Source: Leptospiraceae bacterium
GTDB lineage: Bacteria > Spirochaetota > Leptospiria > Leptospirales > Leptonemataceae
Direction: 5' to 3'
Assembly (NCBI GenBank): GCA_040217195.1
Contig: JAVJNR010000003.1
Span: forward strand, 160,001 to 224,000
Length of the DNA stretch: 64,000 nt
Positions within the stretch are counted from its first letter, which is position 1; every line of letters begins with the position of its first letter. This document shows, piece after piece, positions 41,928 through 52,301 of the stretch. The translations under genes and the position numbers were made by a program. The notes under the pieces are model-generated. The model had not been told where the DNA came from, ran no database searches, and worked only from the letters and a program-made list of their open reading frames with translations.

Positions 41928-42617
41928 ATGTCATCCCAACTGTTTCTATATGTCTTTTTTGCTCTCAGTGCAATTCACGTAATAGGAGAGTTCCTGCAGG
42001 ACCCGCTTCGCAAGCGGATTCGCATAAGTACCAAGCCATTGCTTATGCCGGCTTTGATCGCCTATAACCTATTACATACCAGTGATCCAAACTGGTGGAT
42101 TGTGGGCGGATTGCTCCTTGGTTGGGTGGGCGATGTAGTTCTAATGTTTCCCAGGATTGCCATAATGTTTCTCATTGGCCTGGCATCCTTTCTGGTGGGT
42201 CATGCTCTATTCATCTATGCATTTTTAGAATCCACAGCGTATCTGCAAGGAATGCCAATCTGGTTCATGGGGCTGTCAGCCGTATTCGCTTTTGCCGCAG
42301 CCGCTTTCTTTACATACTTCAAACCACATCTTACAGGTGACAATGCAGATAAGAAGATTCCAGTGGCTCTCTATGCATCCATTATCGTGGCCATGAGTTA
42401 TACATCCCTGGCTATCTGGTTAAACGGATCCGGTTCGGGAATTTTCTTTGTAGCTCTGCCCTTCATAGGATCGCTATGCTTCATTGTATCCGATTTCCTG
42501 CTGGCCAATCAGCTTTTTATCAAGCCGTTTAAGTATGACCAGGCAATTATTATGCTAACCTATCTAGCAGCTCAGTATTCTATCGCACAGGGTTATCTGC
42601 CTTATCCATTTGGTTGA
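41928..42617 (+). CDS. YhhN/TMEM86 lysoplasmalogenase family protein, copy 2
   Basis: Same length and motifs as copy 1; about 41 differences in 229 aa by hand count. Confidence 0.88.
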   Translation: MSSQLFLYVFFALSAIHVIGEFLQDPLRKRIRISTKPLLMPALIAYNLLHTSDPNWWIVGGLLLGWVGDVVLMFPRIAIMFLIGLASFLVGHALFIYAFLESTAYLQGMPIWFMGLSAVFAFAAAAFFTYFKPHLTGDNADKKIPVALYASIIVAMSYTSLAIWLNGSGSGIFFVALPFIGSLCFIVSDFLLANQLFIKPFKYDQAIIMLTYLAAQYSIAQGYLPYPFG

Positions 42618-42726
42618 TGGCAGCGCTCCAATTAGCAGATAGAACTCTACAGAAAGGGGCGGACGCGAAGTAGATACCAATCGGAAAGACAGGGTCGCCC
42701 CCTCGTCGCCTGACTAAACTTGCACT

Positions 42727-44301
42727 TTACTCGAGCATCTCGGCGGCCAGATCTCCGAGAACATCCAGGTGCTTCAAGATTGGTTCTGTGGGGGGCAGGC
42801 CGCAGTTTATTCTCAGATAGTTACGGTAACCGGCTGAGGGAGAAAAGAGACTGCCTGGAGATACAGATATCCCTTCAGCCAAAGCCCGTTCCTGTAACTC
42901 CATGCTGTCTATTCCGGGGGGCAGCTCAAGCCAGAGCCAGAATCCACCTTCCGGGTTGGAAACTCGCAAATCCATAGTCCAATGATTCAATATTCGCTGC
43001 CTGAATGCATTCATGCGAATTCTGCTTTCTTTGCGAAGCGTTCGCAGGTGTCTATCAAACTGTCTTCGCCCCAGAAACAGAGAAAGTGTGGCCTCGGTTA
43101 GCTTTGAATTTCCCAGGCTAAGAGTACGAAGTCGTTCCAGAAGTGCATCATGAAAAGCCGATGGGCCTGCCAGCCAACCCAGCCGCATGGATGGGGCAAT
43201 ACTTTTGGCAAACGAAGAAACCAGAAAAACCCTGTCTCGATCCAGTGAAATAAGCGGAGGGCTCCTTCGAGCTCCATGATGAATTCCCCCATAGACATCG
43301 TCTTCGAGGACAAAAAAATCAAATTTATGGGCCAGACTAATTAGCTTATGTCTTCGCTCCTCGGACATCAAGGCACCGGTGGGATTGTGAAAGTTTGGTA
43401 CCGTAATCAGAAGCCTGGGCCGGGCACCTTTCTTCAATCTGTTTTCCAGTAGATCCACATCCAGTCCAGATTCTGGATCCACAGGTACTTCCAGGAATCG
43501 AAGCTTGAATTTTCGCACCTGATGCAAGAATCCGCTATAGCAGGGAGTTTCCAGGGCCACAAGATCGCCCGCAGAAACCAACTCACGAAGTACTATGTAG
43601 GCTGCTTCGGTGGCACTGCCGGTTAGAATCAGCTCCTGCCAGTTAAGCTCAACTCCAGCCTGACGGTACCGATATGAAATCTCCTTTCGCAACTCTGGAA
43701 GCCCCGGCGGAAAACTGTATGTATGGACACCTTCCGAGCGATACGCCTCTCCAAGGCATCGCTTCAGGGAACTCAGCGGTAGCATATCTTCCGATGGAAC
43801 AGCCAGACCAAAGGATGCACGGACAGACCGATTTCCCAGGTTCAGGGATCGGTCCAGGCCAGGATCCAGAGACAGACGTTGCAGTAGTCTACTTTCCTGA
43901 GGGCGAGGTGCCTCATCCGACTCTGCGGGCAAAGCATAGTATCCTCCTCCCGGTACGGATTGTATGCGACCAAGATCCAGTAATATGCGATACGCTTCCA
44001 CCACCGTTCCCTGGCTGAATCCGGATAGGCGAATAGACTGACGAATGGAGGGAAGTCTGGCTCCGGGCTTGAACTCACCGTTTTCCAGTGAATAGATCAT
44101 GCTACGTGCCAGTTGCATGGGCAGACTGTCTTCCTCTGTAACCTGAACAGAACCAGGGAGCTGCCCTGGGAGCGAAGTCATCGACCGGTCTGGCACGGTA
44201 GAAAGCTGCCTCATTCTTTGATTGGGGCCCGCTTTTCTTGTTCCTTGTATTGCCGCTTCTGAAGACACTTTCGTAGCTTTCTTTCCGGTTCTGGACTGCA
44301 T
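42727..44301 (-). CDS. MocR/GntR family PLP-dependent transcriptional regulator (start uncertain)
   Basis: PGARLPSIR wHTH plus aminotransferase domain (NFHNPTG, EDDVY, SSFAK, MRLGW). Confidence 0.9.
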   Translation of the reverse strand: MQSRTGKKATKVSSEAAIQGTRKAGPNQRMRQLSTVPDRSMTSLPGQLPGSVQVTEEDSLPMQLARSMIYSLENGEFKPGARLPSIRQSIRLSGFSQGTVVEAYRILLDLGRIQSVPGGGYYALPAESDEAPRPQESRLLQRLSLDPGLDRSLNLGNRSVRASFGLAVPSEDMLPLSSLKRCLGEAYRSEGVHTYSFPPGLPELRKEISYRYRQAGVELNWQELILTGSATEAAYIVLRELVSAGDLVALETPCYSGFLHQVRKFKLRFLEVPVDPESGLDVDLLENRLKKGARPRLLITVPNFHNPTGALMSEERRHKLISLAHKFDFFVLEDDVYGGIHHGARRSPPLISLDRDRVFLVSSFAKSIAPSMRLGWLAGPSAFHDALLERLRTLSLGNSKLTEATLSLFLGRRQFDRHLRTLRKESRIRMNAFRQRILNHWTMDLRVSNPEGGFWLWLELPPGIDSMELQERALAEGISVSPGSLFSPSAGYRNYLRINCGLPPTEPILKHLDVLGDLAAEMLE

Positions 44302-44302
44302 T

Positions 44303-44342
44303 CAACTGTTATACTGTTTTTTGCCGAATCTGCAACTGTTAT
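44303..44342. promoter_or_regulatory. putative MocR binding site: CAACTGTTAT direct repeat
   Basis: Exact 10-mers at 44303-44312 and 44333-44342 between the divergent MocR and aminotransferase genes. Confidence 0.65.
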
Positions 44343-44371
44343 TTTTTTAGGGATGGATGTATACTTCCACT

Positions 44372-45661
44372 ATGAAACAGAGCAATTACCATCCAGTCCC
44401 TCCTATCAGACGATCTGTGGTACGAGATATTCTGGCTTTTCACAATCGACCGGATATGATTCCTTTCGCAGGCGGATTGCCAGATCCGACCACCCTGCCT
44501 GTGGCCGAGATGGCTCGAGCCGCTCAATATGTGCTTTCAAGGCAGGGAGCCGCAGCATTGCAATACGGCAAAAGCGAAGGGTTTGAACCTCTGCGAAGCT
44601 ACATCGCTGGATACCTCACCGGCCGCGGTTTCCCCAGCAACCCGGACCAGATTCTAATTACCAGCGGATCCCAGCAGGGCATGGATCTTATTTCTCGATG
44701 GTTACTCAGGCCAGGAGATTCCGTATTTACTACGGAACCCCTCTACAATGGGGCCTTGCAAAATTTCGATGCTCATCAGGCCAATATTCATCCTATTCTC
44801 TCAGACGATGAGGGCCCCTGCGAAGCAGCGTTACTGGCGGCCCTGCATCCGACCCGCCCTGCAATTGGAGGAGGATTCTTTTCTCTTTCGCGCAGAGTGA
44901 GCAATGATGGCGGACCGGGATTGCTTTATCTGCAGCCGACTCTGGCAAACCCCACAGGCTCTGTCATTTCGAACCATCGCCGCCAGATCATTGGCAAAGC
45001 TCTGCACCGGTTTCAGGGATGGATGCTGGAGGAAGATCCGTACGGAGAACTTCTGTTCGATTCAGAAAGACCTAATTTCATCTCAAGCTATCACCCGGCC
45101 AGAAGTGTTCTGCTGGGAAGCTTTTCTAAAATCGTTTCCCCTTCTTTGCGAATCGGCTGGGTTAGAGCCCCGGAAACGGCCATACAGAGCCTGCTGCCGC
45201 TCAAGCAGTCCATGGACTTGCATACCAATTTGTTTTCGCAGATGATGCTCCATAGGTTTCTGGAGGATGTGGATTTAACCAGGCATCTGGACTCCGTGCG
45301 AACCATTTATGCCCGGAAGCAACAGATTACCCTGGAGGCATTGCGACGCTACAATTTGCAGGGACGTTTCCAGGGAGAATTTTTGGCACCTGGAGGAGGC
45401 ATGTTTCTATGGCTAAGAACGGAAGTAGACTCGGATGCTCTGGCACGAGTTGCACTGGACAGAGGAGTTGCCGTTGTACCCGGATCAGCCTTCTTTTCCA
45501 ATCCGGAGGACGGAAAGAGCTTCATCCGATTGAACTACACTGCAGTGGATACACAGTCCATCGAACTGGGAGTTCAACGTCTGGCCCAGGCCTACAGGGA
45601 TCTGTCCCAGAAGCAGAATCAGCAGACAAAAAAGGGGCAACTCTCTGTAGCTTCCGTATGA
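44372..45661 (+). CDS. PLP-dependent class I/II aminotransferase (Aro8/LysN-like)
   Basis: FAGGLP, ITSGSQQG, NPTG, EEDPY, GSFSK, LRIGW, GGMF. Confidence 0.9.
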   Translation: MKQSNYHPVPPIRRSVVRDILAFHNRPDMIPFAGGLPDPTTLPVAEMARAAQYVLSRQGAAALQYGKSEGFEPLRSYIAGYLTGRGFPSNPDQILITSGSQQGMDLISRWLLRPGDSVFTTEPLYNGALQNFDAHQANIHPILSDDEGPCEAALLAALHPTRPAIGGGFFSLSRRVSNDGGPGLLYLQPTLANPTGSVISNHRRQIIGKALHRFQGWMLEEDPYGELLFDSERPNFISSYHPARSVLLGSFSKIVSPSLRIGWVRAPETAIQSLLPLKQSMDLHTNLFSQMMLHRFLEDVDLTRHLDSVRTIYARKQQITLEALRRYNLQGRFQGEFLAPGGGMFLWLRTEVDSDALARVALDRGVAVVPGSAFFSNPEDGKSFIRLNYTAVDTQSIELGVQRLAQAYRDLSQKQNQQTKKGQLSVASV

Positions 45662-45705
45662 CTTATGCCGAACTTTCGTTCATGCCAGACGGCTAATACG
45701 CTGGA

Positions 45706-46581
45706 TTGAGAGATGAAATGAAAGTTAAACAAATGATTCAACAGCATGAGGAGTCGGGAAGATATTTTGAAGTAGATGGAATACGCAGCTTTGCCCTGGA
45801 TCGCGGTGAGGGGGAAGCTGTGCTCTGCCTTCATGGTGTACCTGCATCGTCCTACTTATATAGAAAGGTAGTTCCGGCAATTGCTCACAATGGTATGCGC
45901 GGTATTGCAATTGATTTCCCCGGCCTGGGTCTGGCCGATCGACCGAAGGAATTCGATTATTCCTGGTCCGGATTGAGTACCTTTTGTGAAAAAGCAGCGG
46001 AGTCTCTGGAGCTCAAGAAATTTCATCTGGTAGTGCACGATATTGGAGGGCCCATCGGACTAATGCTGGCCGCCCGGGCTCCAGAAAAGATTCTCTCAGT
46101 TACGATTCTGAACACTCTGGTTGATGCAGATGAATTTCACAGACCATGGATGATGGCTCCTTTCGCATGGCCGATCGTAGATCGACTCTGGCTTGCATCC
46201 ATCAATCACTGGGTCCTTTACCTTCTATTTGTTTACACGGGCATCTACGAATTCTCAGACACCACGCGTCAGGAAATCTACGCCTATGTGGACTTACTGA
46301 AGCGTCAGGATCAAGGAAGGGCCTTTCTGAAGATCATGAAAGGCTTTGAATTAACGAAGGAAGTTCGAAATCAGTGCCATGCTGCAGTAAGCAACAAAGA
46401 TTACCCGGTGCAGCTACTCTGGGGAATGCAGGACCGGGCTCTGAAATTTAAGAAGTTTGGCCGAAGGATTATGGAAGTTGCTGACCTGGCCGCAGTAACC
46501 AAACTGAATGGAAAACACTTTTTACAGGAAGACAATGCCGGAGCTATTGCGGACAGGATTGCGCAGATTGCTGCAACTTAA
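45706..46581 (+). CDS. alpha/beta hydrolase (epoxide hydrolase/dehalogenase-like)
   Basis: HGVP, VHDIGG (Asp nucleophile), WGxxD, HFLQED. Confidence 0.88.
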   Translation: MRDEMKVKQMIQQHEESGRYFEVDGIRSFALDRGEGEAVLCLHGVPASSYLYRKVVPAIAHNGMRGIAIDFPGLGLADRPKEFDYSWSGLSTFCEKAAESLELKKFHLVVHDIGGPIGLMLAARAPEKILSVTILNTLVDADEFHRPWMMAPFAWPIVDRLWLASINHWVLYLLFVYTGIYEFSDTTRQEIYAYVDLLKRQDQGRAFLKIMKGFELTKEVRNQCHAAVSNKDYPVQLLWGMQDRALKFKKFGRRIMEVADLAAVTKLNGKHFLQEDNAGAIADRIAQIAAT

Positions 46582-46651
46582 CGCTTATGGACCGAACCTT
46601 GAACTTGAGAAATAACCTTTACTACATGCGCCAGAGGCTTCACTTTGATTC

Positions 46652-47452
46652 ATGTCATCAAAACATTTTGAATTTATCACGTATGAAGTGAAAGACCGAA
46701 TTTGCTACATTGGACTGAACCGCCCGAAAGCACGAAATGCAATGAACACAAAGATGCTGCGGGAATTCGCCCATGCACTTACAGCCTACGAGGATGAAGC
46801 AGAAGCCCGGTGTGCAGTGATTTTTGCCCATGGAAAAGCCTTCACTCTTGGATTGGAACTGGATGATGTAGCCCAAACCATGCGCAGCGGCAAAGGAATG
46901 CTTCCCGAAGGAGCAATAGATCCCTGGGAGGCCGGTAACGGGGCCAACCGGCTCCGCACCAAGCCCACCGTAGTTGCTGTTCATGGATTTTGCCTAACTC
47001 TTGGAATCGAATTCTTGCTCGCCAGCGATGTTCGCATTGCAGCTCCCTCCTCCCGATTTGGTCAGGTTGAAGTTCAGCGAGGGATCATGCCATTTGGAGG
47101 AGCCACCTTTCGTTTCGTTCAAACAGCCGGCTGGGGTAATGCCATGCGATATATGCTGACCGGCGATGATTTCAATGCCGAAGAAGCACTTCGCATTGGT
47201 CTCATTCAGGAAGTTGTAGAAAAAGACCGACTGATGGAACGAGCCACGGAACTGGCAACCCGTATTGCAGATCAAGCCCCGCTGGCAGTCCAGGCTACCA
47301 TCGCATCCTCTCGCAAAGCGCAACTGGAAGGAGTGGAAGCCTGCAAAAATGAATTATTACCGGTTACTTTACGATTGATGGACACTGAAGATGCAGCGGA
47401 AGGCGTCCAATCCTTTATAGAGAAACGAAAGGCAAACTATAAAGGGAAATAA
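46652..47452 (+). CDS. crotonase / enoyl-CoA hydratase family protein
   Basis: LNRPKARNA, EVQRGI, AEEALRIGL, EGVQSFIEKR. Confidence 0.92.
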   Translation: MSSKHFEFITYEVKDRICYIGLNRPKARNAMNTKMLREFAHALTAYEDEAEARCAVIFAHGKAFTLGLELDDVAQTMRSGKGMLPEGAIDPWEAGNGANRLRTKPTVVAVHGFCLTLGIEFLLASDVRIAAPSSRFGQVEVQRGIMPFGGATFRFVQTAGWGNAMRYMLTGDDFNAEEALRIGLIQEVVEKDRLMERATELATRIADQAPLAVQATIASSRKAQLEGVEACKNELLPVTLRLMDTEDAAEGVQSFIEKRKANYKGK

Positions 47453-47923
47453 TTCCGGAGCAGTTCCTGGCGGGCTATTCGCCATACGACAATAAATTGC
47501 TACCCGGCGAATAGGACTGCGTAAGATAGAGTCTGCCCGGCCCTGACTTTAATTCGAAGATCTCCACAGATTCTGACCAAAAGGTGGGATGGGCGCACCT
47601 CCTGATATTGAAAAGCCCCCCGCCAATAGTACCACATCTGGAATGGCTATCCAGAACTTTTCATCGAATCGGAAGGTTCGCCTAAAATCCAAGCAGCCGT
47701 GCAAAGGCGAACTTTGCCGAAGGCAACGCAGGTCGGAGGGGCGATGCTCTCCCCTCTCCCCGTGGACCAATTGTCAATCCAATCCCCGGGTTCGACTTAA
47801 AACACCATTGGGGGCAAAGGCGAACCCGACATTGTCATCTTTCTCTTGACATCATCTGGAAATCTGATACCCGCGGGCCCGCTTCCAACACAGGGAACTA
47901 GCTTCCATATTTTCAGAAATGAA

Positions 47924-48535
47924 CTACTGAGGCGATCCTCTGTAATAGTGCCATAGAAATATACTTCCGGCTGTGCGATAGGGAGCCCAGTGCTCCACTG
48001 CCTTGCGAGCCTGAGAAACAGACAGCGGTTTTCTTTTTCGCTTCAAGCGAGTGAGAGCATGACGCAAAGCCAGATCGTCGGCCGCAAAAACATCCTTTCG
48101 ATTCAACGAGAACATAAGAAATATCTCGGCTGACCATCGACCCAAACCTCTCTGGGCCTGTATCAATTCAATTATCTCTTTATCGGATAGATACTTCATT
48201 CGCTCAAAATCTAGTTCACCCTGAAGACAGGCTTCCGCAATTCCTTTCACATACTCCACCTTTCGCGTGGAAAGACCAGCGTTGCGTAATTCCTGGGAGT
48301 CCACGGACTGTACTGTTTCTGCCTCAATAGTCTGCAAAAGTGCTTGCGCTTTCTGAAAAACCGAAGTTGCCGCTTCTTTACTGATCTGCTGACTTATGAC
48401 TATTCGAAACAGAGCCTCAAACCCCTGCCGCATCGGTCTAGTCGCCGGATACCCGTATTCTTCCAGAGCCTGGGCAATATCTGAGTCAATTCTACCAAGT
48501 AGATTGATGTGCTTTCTCAACGTTGATCGCTGCAT
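47924..48535 (-). CDS. DNA-3-methyladenine glycosylase II (AlkA/HhH-GPD)
   Basis: ISQQIS, GLSTRK, RGLGRWSAE, DDL, WAPYRT. Confidence 0.9.
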   Translation of the reverse strand: MQRSTLRKHINLLGRIDSDIAQALEEYGYPATRPMRQGFEALFRIVISQQISKEAATSVFQKAQALLQTIEAETVQSVDSQELRNAGLSTRKVEYVKGIAEACLQGELDFERMKYLSDKEIIELIQAQRGLGRWSAEIFLMFSLNRKDVFAADDLALRHALTRLKRKRKPLSVSQARKAVEHWAPYRTAGSIFLWHYYRGSPQ

Positions 48536-48641
48536 GTTGCTTTGTTCGTAAAAAGGAATCAGTCTGAGTCGCTGGCTCTGGCCACATGGATGAGTTCCAG
48601 GTCCGGTGGCCTGTCCCCCCTCCCGCGATTATCTTTCCAGG

Positions 48642-49403
48642 TTATATTTGATCCTGGACTCCATCCAGGTGCTCATCGGGTAGGCTAAGTGTCATTGTAT
48701 CCGCTGCAGGAGCGGAGCATGAGATAAGACTTTGCAGAGTATTCGCGAATCGGATTCTGTCTGCTGTTTTCCAGAATTGTCGATTCAGCTCTATGAAGCC
48801 TTCAGCCGATACATCCAGCACCTGTTCAATCTCATAGGAAGCAAGGATATGGGCCGCCCATTCATCTACGATGCGATGGGAGGCATAAAAATAAGAAAAT
48901 CTTGAATGTACATATTCCCGGCGCCCTTCCGGAACATCGTTCCACAGTTCATGGATGAAGCTCCGATACTCCCTGTTCAGATAATACATTGCATGAGAAA
49001 TCTCATGCTTCAAAGTCAGTGCGCACTGGTAATTCCATTCCGACCCGGCGATTGTGGGCGATCTTAGCAAGGCAAAGTACAGATAAGGAAGACTGGATGC
49101 AGACTCACGGACCAACCAGGATTCGTATTCGTTTCGGTCCGACTCGGGATAGGTTGCAGAAAATTTTACAACATCGGCGCCACTGAAATTACTTCCGAAG
49201 AAGATTTCCTGATACTGCTGACTTTGCTCCGATTTCCAGTGATCCTGTACATCGCCAATACTGAACCGGTCTGATTGAAATACAGGATTCTCCAGGAAAT
49301 GAGAAATTCGAGCCGTGGCATATAGAAATTGTTTCGGTGGCAAAAGCATGATGCGAACCGTACCTTCACATAGCTCCCAGTCCTCGATATAGAGTGGTTT
49401 CAT
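48642..49403 (-). CDS. hypothetical protein with HExxH zincin motif
   Basis: LKHEISHAMYY plus a downstream DEWAA. Confidence 0.6.
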   Translation of the reverse strand: MKPLYIEDWELCEGTVRIMLLPPKQFLYATARISHFLENPVFQSDRFSIGDVQDHWKSEQSQQYQEIFFGSNFSGADVVKFSATYPESDRNEYESWLVRESASSLPYLYFALLRSPTIAGSEWNYQCALTLKHEISHAMYYLNREYRSFIHELWNDVPEGRREYVHSRFSYFYASHRIVDEWAAHILASYEIEQVLDVSAEGFIELNRQFWKTADRIRFANTLQSLISCSAPAADTMTLSLPDEHLDGVQDQI

Positions 49404-49666
49404 GGCTGCTCATTAACTTTATCGAACCAGACTCTGAATATCAAGCCTAAATCTGCGGCAAAGCGACGCCCCGGATGCAAATTCGGCGCAAGGCAACATT
49501 GCTCCCATCCGCATTATTGCCGTTGAATTATTGAACATCTCACTTTGTGGCACAGTCCAGGCCCATTGCCCCATTCGCAGGATTCGCAGAATCATTCCAG
49601 TGACCAGCGATCTATTTTCTACCGCGGTTTCGTTGACCGGAAAAACCTTCAATTGGCAATAGACTC

Positions 49667-50323
49667 ATGCTAATGCAAATTGTGGCCTGGACGGCCTCTC
49701 TGTTCGTATTCCTCTCATTCTTTATGAAAACCATGGTCCCGCTTAGAATCATGGCTATCGTCAGTAATCTGACCTTTATCGCCTATGCATTGCTTGGAAT
49801 TCAAGAGGGCGTCTTTGACAAAGTGGCGGCCATTTTCGTTCTACACGTGGTGCTGTTACCCTTGAATATCACTCGTCTTTACCAGATGACATCTTTGATT
49901 AACAAGGTGCACCGGGCTTCCAACCATGAATCAGGAGTAGATTACTTAATTCCTCATATGTCAAAGAAAGAATATGAGAAGGGTCATGTACTCTTTCGCC
50001 AGGGCGATCCAGCAGATGGGATTTTTTTCATTCAAAAGGGCACCGTCCAGCTTCCGGAATTCGGCAAGACCATGGAGGCAGGGGCAGTATTCGGGGAAGT
50101 GGGAATTTTTTCTCCGGACAATGTGCGAGCCGGTACGGTAATCTGCGATGATGCCTGCACGGTTTACCAGATTTCGCGCGAAAAGGTATTGCAGCTTTAC
50201 TATCAGACTCCGGAATTTGCCTTCTATATGATGCGCTCGGTGGCCCAGATCGTTCAAGATAATACTGAAATATTAACAAGCATGGCCGGAAAGAAAGAAG
50301 CCGCTCAATTGAAGGCAGGCTGA
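49667..50323 (+). CDS. membrane protein with cyclic-nucleotide-binding domain
   Basis: Three N-terminal TMs; LFRQGD...FGEVG...RAGTV. Confidence 0.85.
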   Translation: MLMQIVAWTASLFVFLSFFMKTMVPLRIMAIVSNLTFIAYALLGIQEGVFDKVAAIFVLHVVLLPLNITRLYQMTSLINKVHRASNHESGVDYLIPHMSKKEYEKGHVLFRQGDPADGIFFIQKGTVQLPEFGKTMEAGAVFGEVGIFSPDNVRAGTVICDDACTVYQISREKVLQLYYQTPEFAFYMMRSVAQIVQDNTEILTSMAGKKEAAQLKAG

Positions 50324-50447
50324 GTCATCCGCTGAGTCATCCATTGATGCCCTGGTTGCGCATGGCCCGGAAAAGATTCCGTGCCAGAACCAGCCCTCGG
50401 GAACCATTGTCACGGACTCTTCTTTTCGACCATTAATGAACGATTGA

Positions 50448-52301
50448 TCAGGCGGCCACTGCCTTCGGGCTTTCTACTTCCGTGGCTTCCCTTTCTTCCT
50501 TTCGCGCAAAGTTCCTGGTTCCGGCTTCCGCCGAAGTTCTGGCTCTCAGGAATTGCCCCAGCTTCTTTTTGCCAACTACAGGAGTGAATTGACCCATTTC
50601 GAATGCTATGGCACCTCCTACAACAACGAAGGGCACGGTGGCATCGTTTCTACGCACAAGACGTTCATGACCCTTGAATCGTTCCATGGGTTCTTCATGA
50701 ATCTCCTCCAGGGAAAAATCCAGATGTTCCGGATCAATCAATACCAGGTCTGCTCGGGCCCCTTCATATAAATGACCGGCTTCTATACCGTGCCAATCCG
50801 CCAGTTCTTTGGTTACTCGCCAGACAGCTTTCTCCAGAGACATGATAGGCTTACCCTCCTTGTGCGAATCCTGCACCAACTTTAGCAATCTGAGCGGGAA
50901 ATTATAATGAGCCATATTACGAAGATGAGCTCCGGCATCCGAGAATCCAATCAACACCTGACTCGAAGAAACGATTTTCTGAAGTGGCTTTAATCGATCA
51001 TTTCCCACCTTTGTATGCCAGCGGATGGCCTTATCATATTGATAGACCAGATCAAGAAAAGCATCCTCGGAGCTTTTGTTTTGTTCCTTTGCAACATCTG
51101 CAAATGTCTTTCCAATTAGAGAATCATCCGGGCACTCGACAATACGTGCAAGACCAAAGTTACGATGGAATACCCTGGGTGAGAATGGATTTCTCCATTG
51201 TCTCTTGAACCATTTCCTGTATTCTTTGCTGTCTAATAGTTTGCGCCGCTGTTCTACCTGATCTTCATAGTCAAGAGCCCTTGAGCCGGCTCCAAACTCT
51301 TCGAATACCACCAGATCAATGCCATCGGACCATACATCGAACAATTCAGGCAGTGCCTGGTAGCGAAACTTACCTCTGAAGAAATTGGCCATCCTGGAAA
51401 AGATGGGAAGCATGCGATAGATTGATCGATTGGATCGAATGTCCATTAGAGAAACAAGGGACACTCTAAGTTTTCGAAACATGGATAGGCCCAGATAAAC
51501 AAAGACCTCATATTTTGTTGAAATGTTTGGAATACACTGCAAAGAAGAGTCTTTCCTGGCAACCAGGCGAATGCAATGAAATAGCTCGGACCAGCTGGCA
51601 TAACTGGAAGGAAGCAATTGGCTGCGAAATCGATTACCTCCTACTTTATCCCAGAAGTTAGTATTTATGGAAAGCCCCAGATACCCCAGATCAATTCCCT
51701 CTTCGATCAATTGCAGGATCTGATTCATCTCATCGGTTGTGGGTTTTTGCTTTGTCAATGATCGCTCAAATCCCATTACGTGGCTTCTTACAGCGGAATA
51801 GCCGACGTAGGAAGCTACGTTTACACCCAGGGGCAACGTCTCAAAGTGATCTCTATATTGCTCCAGGGTTTCCCAGGTTTTCTTTTCTTTCATCAAAGGA
51901 AGTAAAGAATCATAGGGGATGGCCTCCACCCGGGTAAACATATCGGTCACATCTTCGGCGCTTCCAAGAGCTGCAGAAAGAGAACAGCTACCCATGAATA
52001 TGGTTGTAACTCCGTGTCGCAGAGACTCAGGTAGCTCCGGCATAACTTCTACTTCTGCATCGTAATGTGTATGAATATCAATAAATCCAGGAGTAATCCA
52101 TTTACCTGTAGCATCAATGATACGGGCCCCGGCAACGCCCTCTATAGGCTGGTCAGATATGCGACTTACCTTTCCATTTTCTATAAGCAAGTGCCGCAGG
52201 CGAGCTTTGCTCTGTGTTCCATCAAACAATAGTCCGTTATTAATTATCAGCGTTGGCTGGTCTGCACTTGAAATACTGGCGCTCATAGTCCCCCCTTGCA
52301 A
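50448..52301 (-). CDS. N-acyl-D-amino-acid deacylase family amidohydrolase
   Basis: PGFIDIHTHYD, HGVTT..GSC, SDAGAH, GARADLV. Confidence 0.88.
   Translation of the reverse strand: MQGGTMSASISSADQPTLIINNGLLFDGTQSKARLRHLLIENGKVSRISDQPIEGVAGARIIDATGKWITPGFIDIHTHYDAEVEVMPELPESLRHGVTTIFMGSCSLSAALGSAEDVTDMFTRVEAIPYDSLLPLMKEKKTWETLEQYRDHFETLPLGVNVASYVGYSAVRSHVMGFERSLTKQKPTTDEMNQILQLIEEGIDLGYLGLSINTNFWDKVGGNRFRSQLLPSSYASWSELFHCIRLVARKDSSLQCIPNISTKYEVFVYLGLSMFRKLRVSLVSLMDIRSNRSIYRMLPIFSRMANFFRGKFRYQALPELFDVWSDGIDLVVFEEFGAGSRALDYEDQVEQRRKLLDSKEYRKWFKRQWRNPFSPRVFHRNFGLARIVECPDDSLIGKTFADVAKEQNKSSEDAFLDLVYQYDKAIRWHTKVGNDRLKPLQKIVSSSQVLIGFSDAGAHLRNMAHYNFPLRLLKLVQDSHKEGKPIMSLEKAVWRVTKELADWHGIEAGHLYEGARADLVLIDPEHLDFSLEEIHEEPMERFKGHERLVRRNDATVPFVVVGGAIAFEMGQFTPVVGKKKLGQFLRARTSAEAGTRNFARKEEREATEVESPKAVAA

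Noticed and set aside
47786..47800. GGTTCGA T-loop-like motif (also near 24284) suggesting a tRNA
   Set aside because: No cloverleaf stems can be formed around it.
50319..50342. GCTGAGTCATCC tandem 12-mer at a gene end, as a possible target-site duplication
   Set aside because: The copies are adjacent with nothing inserted between them; likely slippage.
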